Shown: in pieces, positions 37,713 to 47,207 of the stretch
Position numbering within the stretch: position 1 is the first letter of the stretch
How the letters are laid out: every line of letters begins with the position of its first letter
Translations under genes and position numbers: made by a program
Notes under the pieces: generated by a model
What the model saw: only the letters and a program-made list of their open reading frames with translations
The model's database searches: none
Told to the model about the DNA's origin: nothing
Virus record (IMG/VR): IMGVR_UViG_3300025099_000016
Coordinates: 1-64,000 of that record
DNA length: 64,000 bases
Reading direction: 5' to 3' (one strand)
From: a virus
Lineage: Duplodnaviria > Caudoviricetes

Positions 37713-37718
37713 TAAGAC

Positions 37719-39431
37719 TTGATGGAGACAGTAGAGATCAATGGATTTTTGATTGACGAGTTCAATCAACATAGCTTGGAAGAAGGAAAAACGCAGGGGA
37801 CTTGTCCCCTGTGTTCGTCTTCTAGGAAACCTGAGAATAGGAAAGCTAAATGTGCTTCTTATGATTGGGAACGTGGTCTCGGTACCTGTCATAACTGCGA
37901 CACTAGTTTTCAGTTACATACATACAAACGTAAAGGTGAATCAACACGTGAATATGTGAAACCAGAAACGGAGGGCTACGTTGTATCAGAAAAGATTACA
38001 AAGTGGTTCGATGAACGAGGTATATCTGAGCAAACCCTTATCGATCTTAAAGTTCGTGAAGGTAAAGAGTTCATGCCTCAAACTGGTAAACTTGAAAATG
38101 CTATACAGTTTAATTATTATATGGGTATGGATCTCATTAATATTAAGTATAGAGACGGTCGTAAGAATTTTAAGTTATACAAAGGTGCAGAGAAGATATT
38201 CTACAATATCAACAGTGTTGTAGGATATGACTGGTGTGTTATCGTTGAGGGTGAGATGGATGTATTAGCATTCCATGAAGCTGGTGTTAAAAATGTAATA
38301 TCAGTACCAAACGGTGCAACACTTAACAGTAACAATTTAGATTATCTAGATAACTGTATTGATTACTTAGATGGTAAAGAGAAAATTATATTAGCAGTTG
38401 ACGCAGATGAGCCTGGTCAAGCATTAAAACACGAGTTTATTCGTAGGCTCGGTGCTGAAGTTTGCTACCTAGTAGACTTTGGTAATGTTAAAGATGCTAA
38501 TGATTTCCTACTACATTATGGTCCAGAAGAACTAAGAAACGTTATTACATATGCGTCTCAAGTTCCTCTTGAAGGTGTATCTACATTACGTGATGTTGAA
38601 GGTGAGTTGTTAGACTTTGTTCATAATGGTTTTAAACCTGGCTTTCAAGTTGGTTTAGAAAACTTTGATAAAATATTCTCTACGTATACTTCCCAGTTTA
38701 TAACTGTAACGGGTATACCATCATCTGGTAAGTCGGACTTTGTAGATCAGATGTGTATAGGTTATAATAAAAACTACGGTTGGAAAACAGCTTATGCGTC
38801 TCCTGAGAATAAACCTAACTATTTACATGCGCATAAATTAATGCGTAAGACTTGGGAAGGTATGCCTACGAAAGCTGATGTCGGTACTAGTAAATGGAAT
38901 CAGGTTACTGATCATGTTAACGACAACTATTTCTTTATAGATATGGATAGGTACACACTAGATGAAGTTTTAACTAAAGGCGGTGAACTAGTTAAACGTA
39001 AAGGTATTAAATGCCTTGTTATCGATCCATATAATAAAGTTAGAGATACAAACTGTAAAACAGAAGATGTTAACAGGTACACTATGGAGTATTTAACTAA
39101 GATAGAAGTATTTGCTAAGAAGTTTGATGTATTAGTTATTGTAGTAGCTCATCCTACTAAGATGTACAAAGACAAGGACGGTAAGATTGAAGAACCTACT
39201 ATGTACAATATCAAAGGTGGTGGTGAATGGTACGATGCTAGTTATCATGGACTACTTATTCATAGAGACTATGAAGCTAAGACTGTAAAAGCAAAAGTGC
39301 TAAAGGTTAAGTTTCAGAATCTAGGTGAGAATGGTGCTGAAGCACATTTCAACTGGGAACCTAAGTCTGGAAGTTACATACCTTTAGCTACTGATACTAT
39401 GCAAGACGAGCCAATGCCCTGGGAGAAATAA
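37719..39431 (+). CDS. Primase-helicase (T7 gp4 / Twinkle-like)
   Basis: Zinc finger CPLC..CHNC, Toprim IVEGEMD and VDADEPG, Walker A TGIPSSGKS, and LVIDPYN. Confidence 0.93.
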   Translation: MMETVEINGFLIDEFNQHSLEEGKTQGTCPLCSSSRKPENRKAKCASYDWERGLGTCHNCDTSFQLHTYKRKGESTREYVKPETEGYVVSEKITKWFDERGISEQTLIDLKVREGKEFMPQTGKLENAIQFNYYMGMDLINIKYRDGRKNFKLYKGAEKIFYNINSVVGYDWCVIVEGEMDVLAFHEAGVKNVISVPNGATLNSNNLDYLDNCIDYLDGKEKIILAVDADEPGQALKHEFIRRLGAEVCYLVDFGNVKDANDFLLHYGPEELRNVITYASQVPLEGVSTLRDVEGELLDFVHNGFKPGFQVGLENFDKIFSTYTSQFITVTGIPSSGKSDFVDQMCIGYNKNYGWKTAYASPENKPNYLHAHKLMRKTWEGMPTKADVGTSKWNQVTDHVNDNYFFIDMDRYTLDEVLTKGGELVKRKGIKCLVIDPYNKVRDTNCKTEDVNRYTMEYLTKIEVFAKKFDVLVIVVAHPTKMYKDKDGKIEEPTMYNIKGGGEWYDASYHGLLIHRDYEAKTVKAKVLKVKFQNLGENGAEAHFNWEPKSGSYIPLATDTMQDEPMPWEK

Positions 39432-39697
39432 TGTTTAAGAAGAAGAAAGCACCCTCCCGAAAAGCACCATTTTTACACCCATCTAAAGAGCAGTATACTG
39501 CTTGGGCTTGGTGTGTAAATAATAATATAAGTATATGTGTATTACCCGACTGGAGTAATTCTGGTAAGTGGTTAGTTGAAATAACCATGAACGAAAAGGT
39601 TACGGTAGATCCTAATACTTATAACGGTGTAGAGGCTTTAACTAAGATGTACGAATACTGTAAATACTATAAAGACAAATATGAAAATACACTTTGA
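39431..39697 (+). CDS. Hypothetical protein
   Basis: ORF track. Confidence 0.6.
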   Translation: MFKKKKAPSRKAPFLHPSKEQYTAWAWCVNNNISICVLPDWSNSGKWLVEITMNEKVTVDPNTYNGVEALTKMYEYCKYYKDKYENTL

Positions 39698-40322
39698 AAA
39701 TGCAAATGAAGCTTACGAATACTACCATGATCGTATATTACAACATGGCATATCATTTGGTGATACAAAAGCCCTATTCAATATAGGGTTTTATTTAACG
39801 AACCCATCCCTAAGGCAGATAACAAACCCTGAGCGTAAATGGAGTTTTGATTACGCTGAAGCTGAATGGCAATGGTATTTATCTGGCGACCCCAATATAA
39901 GCAAGTTAGGTGAGATATATGGTAAAGTACCAGCTATATGGGAACGTATGGCAGATCAAAATGGTTATGTTAACTCTAACTATGGTCATCAGTGGATGCG
40001 TCATGCACAGCTTGGTAATGTTATTAATATTCTTAGAGACAAGATGGAAACAAGACAAGCTGCTATAAGTATATACGATGGTAAAGAGATACATAAATAC
40101 GAGAATGACACACCATGTACATATGCAATACAGTTCACTATAATTGGTGGTAAGCTATGTATGTCAGTATATATGCGATCTAACGATTTGTGGTATGGCT
40201 TTTGTAATGATCAATACCAGTTTTCGCAACTACAAGAGTTGGTTGCATCAATGCTAGGTATTGAGATAGGTTGGTACTATCACCATGCGCACAACTTACA
40301 TTTATATAACGATAAGATATGA
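39681..40322 (+). CDS. Thymidylate synthase-fold enzyme, likely dCMP hydroxymethylase/methylase
   Basis: NSNYG, catalytic TPCT, and MRSNDLWYGFCND with Asp at the E. coli ThyA N177 position. Confidence 0.75.
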   Translation: MKIHFENANEAYEYYHDRILQHGISFGDTKALFNIGFYLTNPSLRQITNPERKWSFDYAEAEWQWYLSGDPNISKLGEIYGKVPAIWERMADQNGYVNSNYGHQWMRHAQLGNVINILRDKMETRQAAISIYDGKEIHKYENDTPCTYAIQFTIIGGKLCMSVYMRSNDLWYGFCNDQYQFSQLQELVASMLGIEIGWYYHHAHNLHLYNDKI

Positions 40323-41107
40323 AATATAAATTATACCACATACCCGGTAAGAAGATCGGTGTAACTCTCGACCCTAAACATAGGGTGGAGACTCAGCAGG
40401 GTTACGGTCCTGGTGAGTATGAAATACTAGAAGAATCTAACGATATAGATTATATATCGCATCGTGAGATTGAACTACAGAGAAGTCACGGTTATCGTGT
40501 AGACGAAACCCTTTATAAACAATTAAACCCTAATAAAGATCATATGAGAATAAATATAACAGAGCAGACTACAACATTTCCAGTACCTTTAAACAAGTTA
40601 AAAGGTCGACTTATGGATAATATAGGTATGGTTATACAAACTGGCTTTAATCGCCATGAGTTAGACACTGATTTAGTAGACTGGATAATGAAACACGCTG
40701 TTACATCTCAGTTTAACGAAGATCGTTGCTATGTATATAACAAAGCAATGTCCAACTTTAGATCAGCTACATTAGATAATACACACCATAATGGTGCTAC
40801 ATATATAGCGGCTGATATGTTTACTAAGATTAGACGTTGGGCATACGAACGTGGTATATACGATCATGGTGATTCTAAAACGCAGTATGTTAAGTTAATG
40901 GAAGAAGCTGGTGAATTAGCTGAAGCATTACTTAAGAACGATAAACCAGAGATTATAGATGCAATTGGTGATATGGTTGTTGTATTAACTAATCTAGCTA
41001 AATTAGAAAAGTTAGATATAGAAGATTGTATAGAGAACGCTTATGAAACTATATCAAAGAGAACAGGTAAAATGATGAATGGAACTTTTGTAAAAAACAC
41101 ATTATAA
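40319..41107 (+). CDS. MazG-like NTP pyrophosphohydrolase with N-terminal extra domain
   Basis: C-terminal KLMEEAGELAEAL...DAIGDMVVVL; N-terminal YKLYHIPGKKIGVT resembles GIY-YIG. Confidence 0.8.
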   Translation: MKYKLYHIPGKKIGVTLDPKHRVETQQGYGPGEYEILEESNDIDYISHREIELQRSHGYRVDETLYKQLNPNKDHMRINITEQTTTFPVPLNKLKGRLMDNIGMVIQTGFNRHELDTDLVDWIMKHAVTSQFNEDRCYVYNKAMSNFRSATLDNTHHNGATYIAADMFTKIRRWAYERGIYDHGDSKTQYVKLMEEAGELAEALLKNDKPEIIDAIGDMVVVLTNLAKLEKLDIEDCIENAYETISKRTGKMMNGTFVKNTL

Positions 41108-41449
41108 ATGAGCAGTAGAGAAATTATGGATTCTAAAAACGGGGTATCAACTAGAAGTATGCAGTTTAGAGACCCTATAGTAGAGAATGTTTGCGATAAA
41201 TTCTTACGTCGATCAGACATGGGTTATGAAAAGTATGGTCGTACATTACACAACGAACGTACCGGTAAACATAAAGACTTACTAGGTTATCTAAATGATA
41301 TACAAGAAGAACTAATGGACGCGATACTTTATATTCAAACGGCTCGTGAAGAGATGATGGAGCAAATGCAAAATCAACGTATGAATGTGATAGGGCAGAA
41401 TGGAAATGACGGAGAGCATTATGAAAACACGCCGGACTCGGACTACTAA
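41108..41449 (+). CDS. Helical nucleotide-diphosphohydrolase-like protein
   Basis: RSDMGYEKYG...DIQEELMDAILY, an EExxD acidic motif. Confidence 0.5.
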   Translation: MSSREIMDSKNGVSTRSMQFRDPIVENVCDKFLRRSDMGYEKYGRTLHNERTGKHKDLLGYLNDIQEELMDAILYIQTAREEMMEQMQNQRMNVIGQNGNDGEHYENTPDSDY

Positions 41450-41882
41450 AAATAGAGGCCCGGTAAGATCAAAGAAGGTGACCTATGATGGGATCACCTT
41501 CGCCTCCGGGCTTGAAAAGTATATGTATAAAGCTCTTAAAGAAGCTAAAGTTAAAGCCAAGTACGAAGGAGAGACTTTTGTTTTACTAGATGGTTTTTAT
41601 TTTGAAAACGAAGTATACGAAAGACAATCCAATGGAAAGGGTGAATTAGTTAACAGAGGTTGTAAACGTATACTACCTATTAAATACACTCCTGATTTTA
41701 TTGGTACAGATTTCATAATAGAAACAAAAGGTAGGGCAAACGAAAGTTTCCCTATGCGGTGGAAATTATTCAAGAGATTAGTTATGAATCAATTTCCTAA
41801 TGTAACCTTATACAAGCCACAAAATCAGAAAGAGTGTGATAAAGTAATTGAAATAATTTTAGAAAAAAGAAAAAGCAAATGA
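41421..41882 (+). CDS. Endonuclease I / Holliday junction resolvase (T7 gp3-like)
   Basis: FASGLE...KYTPDF...IIETKG. Confidence 0.8.
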   Translation: MKTRRTRTTKNRGPVRSKKVTYDGITFASGLEKYMYKALKEAKVKAKYEGETFVLLDGFYFENEVYERQSNGKGELVNRGCKRILPIKYTPDFIGTDFIIETKGRANESFPMRWKLFKRLVMNQFPNVTLYKPQNQKECDKVIEIILEKRKSK

Positions 41883-42031
41883 TAACAGGTTGGGAAATAA
41901 GTTTAGGATTATATCCAGGTGTACTACTTGGGTTTAGATCGTACATAGAAAAAAGTATAGAGAATCACGTTTTATATATACCGTTTATAGATATATGTTT
42001 AACTATAGAACGTGAATTTGATGAAGAGTAA
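41879..42031 (+). CDS. Small hypothetical protein (50 aa)
   Basis: Translated by hand: MITGWEISLGLYPGVLLGFRSY...EFDEE. Confidence 0.5.
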   Translation: MITGWEISLGLYPGVLLGFRSYIEKSIENHVLYIPFIDICLTIEREFDEE

Positions 42032-43001
42032 TATATTTGAGAAAAGGGTTAACATACTACCGTATCAATACCCACAGCTACTAGACTATAAGGATGCCAT
42101 TCGGCATTCTTATTGGATAGATACTGAGTTTAATTTTACCGATGATATACAAGACTTCAAGGTAAACATTAGTGATAAAGAGAGAGATATAATCAAGAAG
42201 ACTATGTTATCGATAGCTCAAATAGAGGTAAGTGTTAAAACTTTCTGGGCTGATATGTACAAGCGAATGCCTATAACTGAAATTGGTGATGTAGGTATGA
42301 CGTTTGCTGAGTCTGAGGTAAGACATAAAGATGCATATGCTAGACTGCTACGTATTCTTGGTCTTGAGAAAGAGTTTGAAACTGTAGTGGGAGTACCAGC
42401 AATTGATAAACGAATAAAGTATCTGACTAAATACTTGGATGGCACACGATCTAAAGATAATAAGATGTATACTAAATCAGTATTATTATTTTCATTATTT
42501 ATAGAGCACGTTAGTCTGTTTAGTCAATTCCTAATAATGATGTCTTTCAACAAGAACAATAACGTACTCAAAGGCATATCCAATGTCGTTGAAGCAACAT
42601 CTAAAGAGGAAGAGATACACGGTAATTTCGGAGTTGAGATTATCAACATCATCAAGAAAGAAAACCCTGAGTGGTTCGATGATGAGTTTCAAGAGTTAAT
42701 TAATTCAGCGTGCTTAAAGGCTTATAAAGCTGAGTGTGGAGTTTTAGACTGGATATTCGAAACTGGTGAATTAGACTTCTTAACTAAAGAAACGATACAA
42801 GAATTCATCAAGAACAGATTTAATAATTCACTAAACAAAATAGGGTATGAGTCTATATTCGAAATCGAGGAAGGGCTCCTCGCTAGTACCAAATGGTTTG
42901 ATGTTGAAATTACAGCTACAAAAGAAGGTGATTTCTTCTATAAAAAATCAATTGATTACAATAAGAAAAGTAAAAGTATAACTGTAGATGATTTGTTTTA
43001 A
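42021..43001 (+). CDS. nrdB: Class I ribonucleotide reductase small subunit
   Basis: Di-iron ligands in ESEVRHKDAY, FIEHVSLF and KEEEIHG; likely ATG at 42021. Confidence 0.93.
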   Translation: MKSNIFEKRVNILPYQYPQLLDYKDAIRHSYWIDTEFNFTDDIQDFKVNISDKERDIIKKTMLSIAQIEVSVKTFWADMYKRMPITEIGDVGMTFAESEVRHKDAYARLLRILGLEKEFETVVGVPAIDKRIKYLTKYLDGTRSKDNKMYTKSVLLFSLFIEHVSLFSQFLIMMSFNKNNNVLKGISNVVEATSKEEEIHGNFGVEIINIIKKENPEWFDDEFQELINSACLKAYKAECGVLDWIFETGELDFLTKETIQEFIKNRFNNSLNKIGYESIFEIEEGLLASTKWFDVEITATKEGDFFYKKSIDYNKKSKSITVDDLF

Positions 43002-44626
43002 TGGAGTATAAAAAATATTATTGGCTCAATAAAGAGTCTAGGTTGTTTCTGTCTAGAGGTTATATTACAGAAACACCCGAACAAAGAATAAAGGATATAG
43101 CTAACACAGCGGAAAAGTATTTAAAGATCGAAGGCTTTGCTCAGAAATTTGAAGACTACATGGCAAGGGGTTTTTACTCCTTGTCCACCCCGGTGTGGAT
43201 AAACTTCGGTAAAAATAAAGGTCTACCGATTAGTTGTTATGGTTCGAACATCGATGATAACCTAGATTCAATTTTAAATGCGTCTAGGGAGATCGGTATG
43301 ATGTCGAAATACGGAGGAGGAACATCAGCATACCTCGGGAATATAAGACCACGAGGAACGTCGATTTCAACTGGTGGTAAAGCTGACGGTCCGGTACATT
43401 ATGCACGTATGTATGATACCACTGTCGATGTCTGTAAACAAGCTGAAGCTAGGCGTGGAGCTTGTGCTGTATACTTGCCTATAGAGCATGATGATGTAAA
43501 CGAGTTTCTAGATATTGGTACTGAAGGTAATCCTATTCAGAATTTGCAGTACGGTATTACTATTACTGATGACTGGATGAAGAGTATGATAAGTGGCGCT
43601 AAACGTAAACGCGAGACTTGGGCTAAAGTTATACAAAGAAGATCTGAGTTTGGTTTTCCTTATATAATGTTTAAAGATAACTCCAACAATAATACACCTT
43701 ACAAAGAGTTAGGTTTGAATATTACAGCATCAAACTTATGCTCTGAAATTCAATTGCCAACCGACAGTTATAACTCATTTGTTTGTTGCTTAGGTTCGAT
43801 TAACTTGTTACACTGGGAAGAGATAAAACATACTGACGCTATAGAAACGTACGCACATTTCTTGAATGCGGTAATGGATGAGTTTATAAATAAGTCTTCA
43901 ATACTACCTGGTCTTGCTCGCGCACACAGATTTGCTGAGCAACACAGAGCAATTGGCATTGGTGTTATGGGTTATCATTCCTTATTACAATCTAAACTGT
44001 TAGAGTTTGATTCTCTGGCTTCAAAAGGTTTGAACAACGAAATATTCAAGACAATAAAACAACGATCAGAGGATGCATCTAAATGGCTACACGATTATAA
44101 AGGCTATAATAGTCTACGGGAAGGATTTGCTAACACAACTCTTATGGCTATTGCACCAACAAAATCTAGTTCCTTTATTCATGGTGCTGTCAGTATGGGG
44201 ATCGAGCCTATTAAATCTAATTACTTTATTAAAGATTTGGCTAAAACGAAAACTGTCTACAAAAACCCGTTCTTAGAAGCTGAATTAGAAGAGTATGATT
44301 TGAATACTGAAGAAGTTTGGGAAGGGATATTAAAGAAGGATGGGTCAGTGCAACATTTAGATTTCCCTACTAAAGAAGTGTTTAAGTCTTTTGTGGAAAT
44401 AGCACCAAAGGAATTAGTGTTACAGGCCGCACAACGACAAAAGTACATAGATCAATCACAGAGTTTAAACCTTATGATTGATCCTAGTATACCTGCGAAG
44501 GATATTAATCAATTATATATTTATGCTTGGAAAGAGGGCGTGAAAACTTTGTACTATCAATTCAGTCAAAGTTCAGCTCAAGCATTCAGTAGAAATATAT
44601 TAGAATGCTCTTCATGTGAAGGTTAA
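43001..44626 (+). CDS. nrdA: Class I ribonucleotide reductase large subunit, no ATP cone
   Basis: PISC, ASNLCSEI, AIAPTKSSS, KTLYY and C-terminal CSSCEG. Confidence 0.95.
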   Translation: MEYKKYYWLNKESRLFLSRGYITETPEQRIKDIANTAEKYLKIEGFAQKFEDYMARGFYSLSTPVWINFGKNKGLPISCYGSNIDDNLDSILNASREIGMMSKYGGGTSAYLGNIRPRGTSISTGGKADGPVHYARMYDTTVDVCKQAEARRGACAVYLPIEHDDVNEFLDIGTEGNPIQNLQYGITITDDWMKSMISGAKRKRETWAKVIQRRSEFGFPYIMFKDNSNNNTPYKELGLNITASNLCSEIQLPTDSYNSFVCCLGSINLLHWEEIKHTDAIETYAHFLNAVMDEFINKSSILPGLARAHRFAEQHRAIGIGVMGYHSLLQSKLLEFDSLASKGLNNEIFKTIKQRSEDASKWLHDYKGYNSLREGFANTTLMAIAPTKSSSFIHGAVSMGIEPIKSNYFIKDLAKTKTVYKNPFLEAELEEYDLNTEEVWEGILKKDGSVQHLDFPTKEVFKSFVEIAPKELVLQAAQRQKYIDQSQSLNLMIDPSIPAKDINQLYIYAWKEGVKTLYYQFSQSSAQAFSRNILECSSCEG

Positions 44627-44759
44627 ACGGCTACCACAAAAACGGTAACCATTATAAGTATATATAGTATCTTGCTTATCTCAATTCTCATAACAGTATA
44701 ATTACTTTAGTATATAAAGAATTACTTATTATGATATTAAGATATTGTTAAGAAATTGT

Positions 44760-44790
44760 AAGGGGATAGCTAAATAGTTATCCCCTTTTT
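44760..44790. terminator. Terminator hairpin at the convergence of the two blocks
   Basis: AAGGGGATAGCT-AAAT-AGTTATCCCCTTTTTT. Confidence 0.8.
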
Positions 44791-44791
44791 A

Positions 44792-45163
44792 TTATGATCT
44801 ACTAAAGTATGCGTACTCTAACACACACGCTGAACCTGTGGCTTTAGCTTTTAAACCTGTAGCACCTTTTAATGGTATAAACAGAAATTCACCTGGGTTT
44901 AAATCCGCGAAAGCTGTGCCACCGTGTACTGACACTGTAACCACATTAGTTCCATCCGTATTCTTTAAGTAAACATAAGTTATAGCTGATTGAGAAGTTG
45001 TTAAATCAGCTGATATTTCTTGTATATCAGTTCCTACTGAAATCCTTGAAACACCTGAAAAAGGTGTTGTACAGCCTAGTGAATCATCTACTGATAAATT
45101 TACAGAAGATCCAAAGTGTGCTGCTGTTCCTGATAATGTTAATCTAGGTGTTAATGTTGCCAT
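44792..45163 (-). CDS. Hypothetical structural protein
   Basis: 123-aa beta-rich ORF. Confidence 0.6.
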   Translation of the reverse strand: MATLTPRLTLSGTAAHFGSSVNLSVDDSLGCTTPFSGVSRISVGTDIQEISADLTTSQSAITYVYLKNTDGTNVVTVSVHGGTAFADLNPGEFLFIPLKGATGLKAKATGSACVLEYAYFSRS

Positions 45164-45173
45164 GTTTTTTTAT

Positions 45174-45830
45174 TTAATAACCTGTTAATAATTTTAATAC
45201 GTCGTCTATTGCTTTATGTCTATGATTGTCTTCTAATACAACTTTATACACATATTTACTTTGTTCCATTTTAGCTATATCATCTATAGCAGAATTGAAT
45301 GAATCTTTGAGGTCCACTTGTTGGTTGTCCCCACAGAATATCATTACAGAGTTTTTACCTAATCTACCTAATGCCATGCGTAATTGTGCTTTAGTAAGAT
45401 TTTGAAATTCATCTACTATAACTACAGCACTATCAAATGTTCTACCTCTAAAATGAGTTAGCGAAACTAACTCTACTTCTTCTGAGTCTAACATCGTTTT
45501 AATCTTCTCAGGTTTGTTATAAACCTTTCTCATGTTAGACATAATAGGTACGAGCCAAGGTTCTAACTTCTCTTTCTCTGTACCAGGTAGAAAACCATTA
45601 TCCTCTGTTGAGACTGTTGGTCTAGTAATAACTATTTTATTGTACTGTCTTTTGAAGTACATATCTAACCCGATCTGAACCGCTAGTAACGTTTTACCAC
45701 TACCGGCTTTACCAACAACAAAGTTGTAAGCGTGTTTTATTATTTGTTCCTTAGCTCTCTTCTGTTCTTCAGATAAAGTTATATTAAATTTAATATTACC
45801 TTTCGGTGGTTTTTTATTTTTATTTTCCAT
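45174..45830 (-). CDS. phoH: PhoH family ATPase
   Basis: GKAGSGKT, ITRP, GFLPG, RGRTF, IVDEFQN and GDNQQVD. Confidence 0.93.
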   Translation of the reverse strand: MENKNKKPPKGNIKFNITLSEEQKRAKEQIIKHAYNFVVGKAGSGKTLLAVQIGLDMYFKRQYNKIVITRPTVSTEDNGFLPGTEKEKLEPWLVPIMSNMRKVYNKPEKIKTMLDSEEVELVSLTHFRGRTFDSAVVIVDEFQNLTKAQLRMALGRLGKNSVMIFCGDNQQVDLKDSFNSAIDDIAKMEQSKYVYKVVLEDNHRHKAIDDVLKLLTGY

Positions 45831-45839
45831 AAAATATAA

Positions 45840-46295
45840 TTATACATCAGCTATTTTATATGCTGTATCTCCATCGTTATCTTTGTAAGCTTCAAGTACT
45901 TGCTTCCTGTTATTCTTTTCTTTTAAAGATATATGTATCCAAGCGAAGTCGAACTCGTTAATCATTTGATCAAACTCTATCCCTTCTTTTATAACCCAGT
46001 CGTAGATTTCTTTATTACACATTTCACCCTTTTTCCAGAATTGTAGATCCAACGCCTGACCTTTACAGTGTTGGCTCTTAGTAGATCCGCCAATGGCACG
46101 ATTAAGTGACGGGGAGCGGTAACCACTACTAATCCTAATAGGACCAAGAGCGTCACGCATAGGCTGTATAAGATCTCTAATAAGGATTTGCATATTATTA
46201 AGGTGTTCTTGATTCGGCGCATTGTCTATTCCTAATCTTTTAGCTGTGTTACTTTTTACTATTTCTGATAATGTAAAGTTTCTACTTAATCTCAT
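45840..46295 (-). CDS. Peptidase M15 family endolysin
   Basis: ISSGYRS...SQHCKGQALD...WIHIS. Confidence 0.88.
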   Translation of the reverse strand: MRLSRNFTLSEIVKSNTAKRLGIDNAPNQEHLNNMQILIRDLIQPMRDALGPIRISSGYRSPSLNRAIGGSTKSQHCKGQALDLQFWKKGEMCNKEIYDWVIKEGIEFDQMINEFDFAWIHISLKEKNNRKQVLEAYKDNDGDTAYKIADV

Positions 46296-46636
46296 GTATC
46301 TATTCTTATTGTTAGTTTAGGTGTCGTACCAGTGTTATTGATCTTTAAATCATGTGTAAATACGTTCATAGAGAATGAATCATCTAATATTAAACTAACG
46401 CCGGGAGGTATAATAACTAAACCACTGATGTAATAATCATCATAAGTTACACCATCAACCGTTTTACCGTCTAGTAATACCTCTATTCTAGCCTCATTAG
46501 TACTATAATTAGTTATCAAAATCTTATTTACTTTAAACACATGTGTGCCAATGATGCTATTAGCACTGTTAGTAACATAATCAGTTTCTGATAATAACTT
46601 TATATTTGAGGCTTCAAGTTTAATAAGTTTTGCCAT
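46292..46636 (-). CDS. Hypothetical protein
   Basis: ORF track. Confidence 0.6.
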   Translation of the reverse strand: MAKLIKLEASNIKLLSETDYVTNSANSIIGTHVFKVNKILITNYSTNEARIEVLLDGKTVDGVTYDDYYISGLVIIPPGVSLILDDSFSMNVFTHDLKINNTGTTPKLTIRIDT

Positions 46637-46645
46637 ATCACTGTT

Positions 46646-47206
46646 TTATACTCCTATTACTTTTTCTATACTTGCTGTTGCCACTCCGTTTACTTTACCT
46701 ATATTTCCAGTTACCACACCTACAACGTTGTTTGCGTAACCTGAAGGTGCAGCAGTATAGTCAATAGTGACGAATAACTCCTTCGCGGTTATGCCTTGTG
46801 TGTTTGGTGCTATCTTAACGCTGCAATTGTTTATGTATGTAAACGTTAAAGCAGAAGAACCATCTTGTTGTGTAGTTCTAGCTGTAGTTGTTTGAGTGGT
46901 TGTACCAGATCCAAAACTTTCAGACTCTGCCGCAAACTCCCCATCAGAGGAATGAATTAACGACATTTGGACAGAAGACGCTCCTGACCTACCTGGTGCA
47001 CCAGTTAAAGATATAGTGAAATTATTTATTGTTGCTCCACTTAGTGAACCACTTAGATCACTTAACGTACCTGTGAAATTACACGTTACGTTATTTTGTG
47101 CTACACTAGTACTAGTATTATTATCACCTATAATAGTATGAACATTTGAAGATGCCCATCCTGTTTGTGCTGTTGTTGAGTCTGGTCTTAATACTACTGT
47201 TGGCAT
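46646..47206 (-). CDS. Putative tail-associated protein
   Basis: Thr/Ser-rich beta protein ending in GKVNGVATASIEKVIGV. Confidence 0.55.
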   Translation of the reverse strand: MPTVVLRPDSTTAQTGWASSNVHTIIGDNNTSTSVAQNNVTCNFTGTLSDLSGSLSGATINNFTISLTGAPGRSGASSVQMSLIHSSDGEFAAESESFGSGTTTQTTTARTTQQDGSSALTFTYINNCSVKIAPNTQGITAKELFVTIDYTAAPSGYANNVVGVVTGNIGKVNGVATASIEKVIGV

Positions 47207-47207
47207 A

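Noticed and set aside
39681-40322. Canonical thyA call
   Set aside because: It has Asp instead of Asn at the substrate-specificity position and resembles T4 gp42 motifs.
14551-44626. Introns, inteins, integrase, reverse transcriptase or DGR
   Set aside because: Terminase, helicase and RNR are uninterrupted and of normal or short length; no tyrosine/serine recombinase or RT motifs were recognised.
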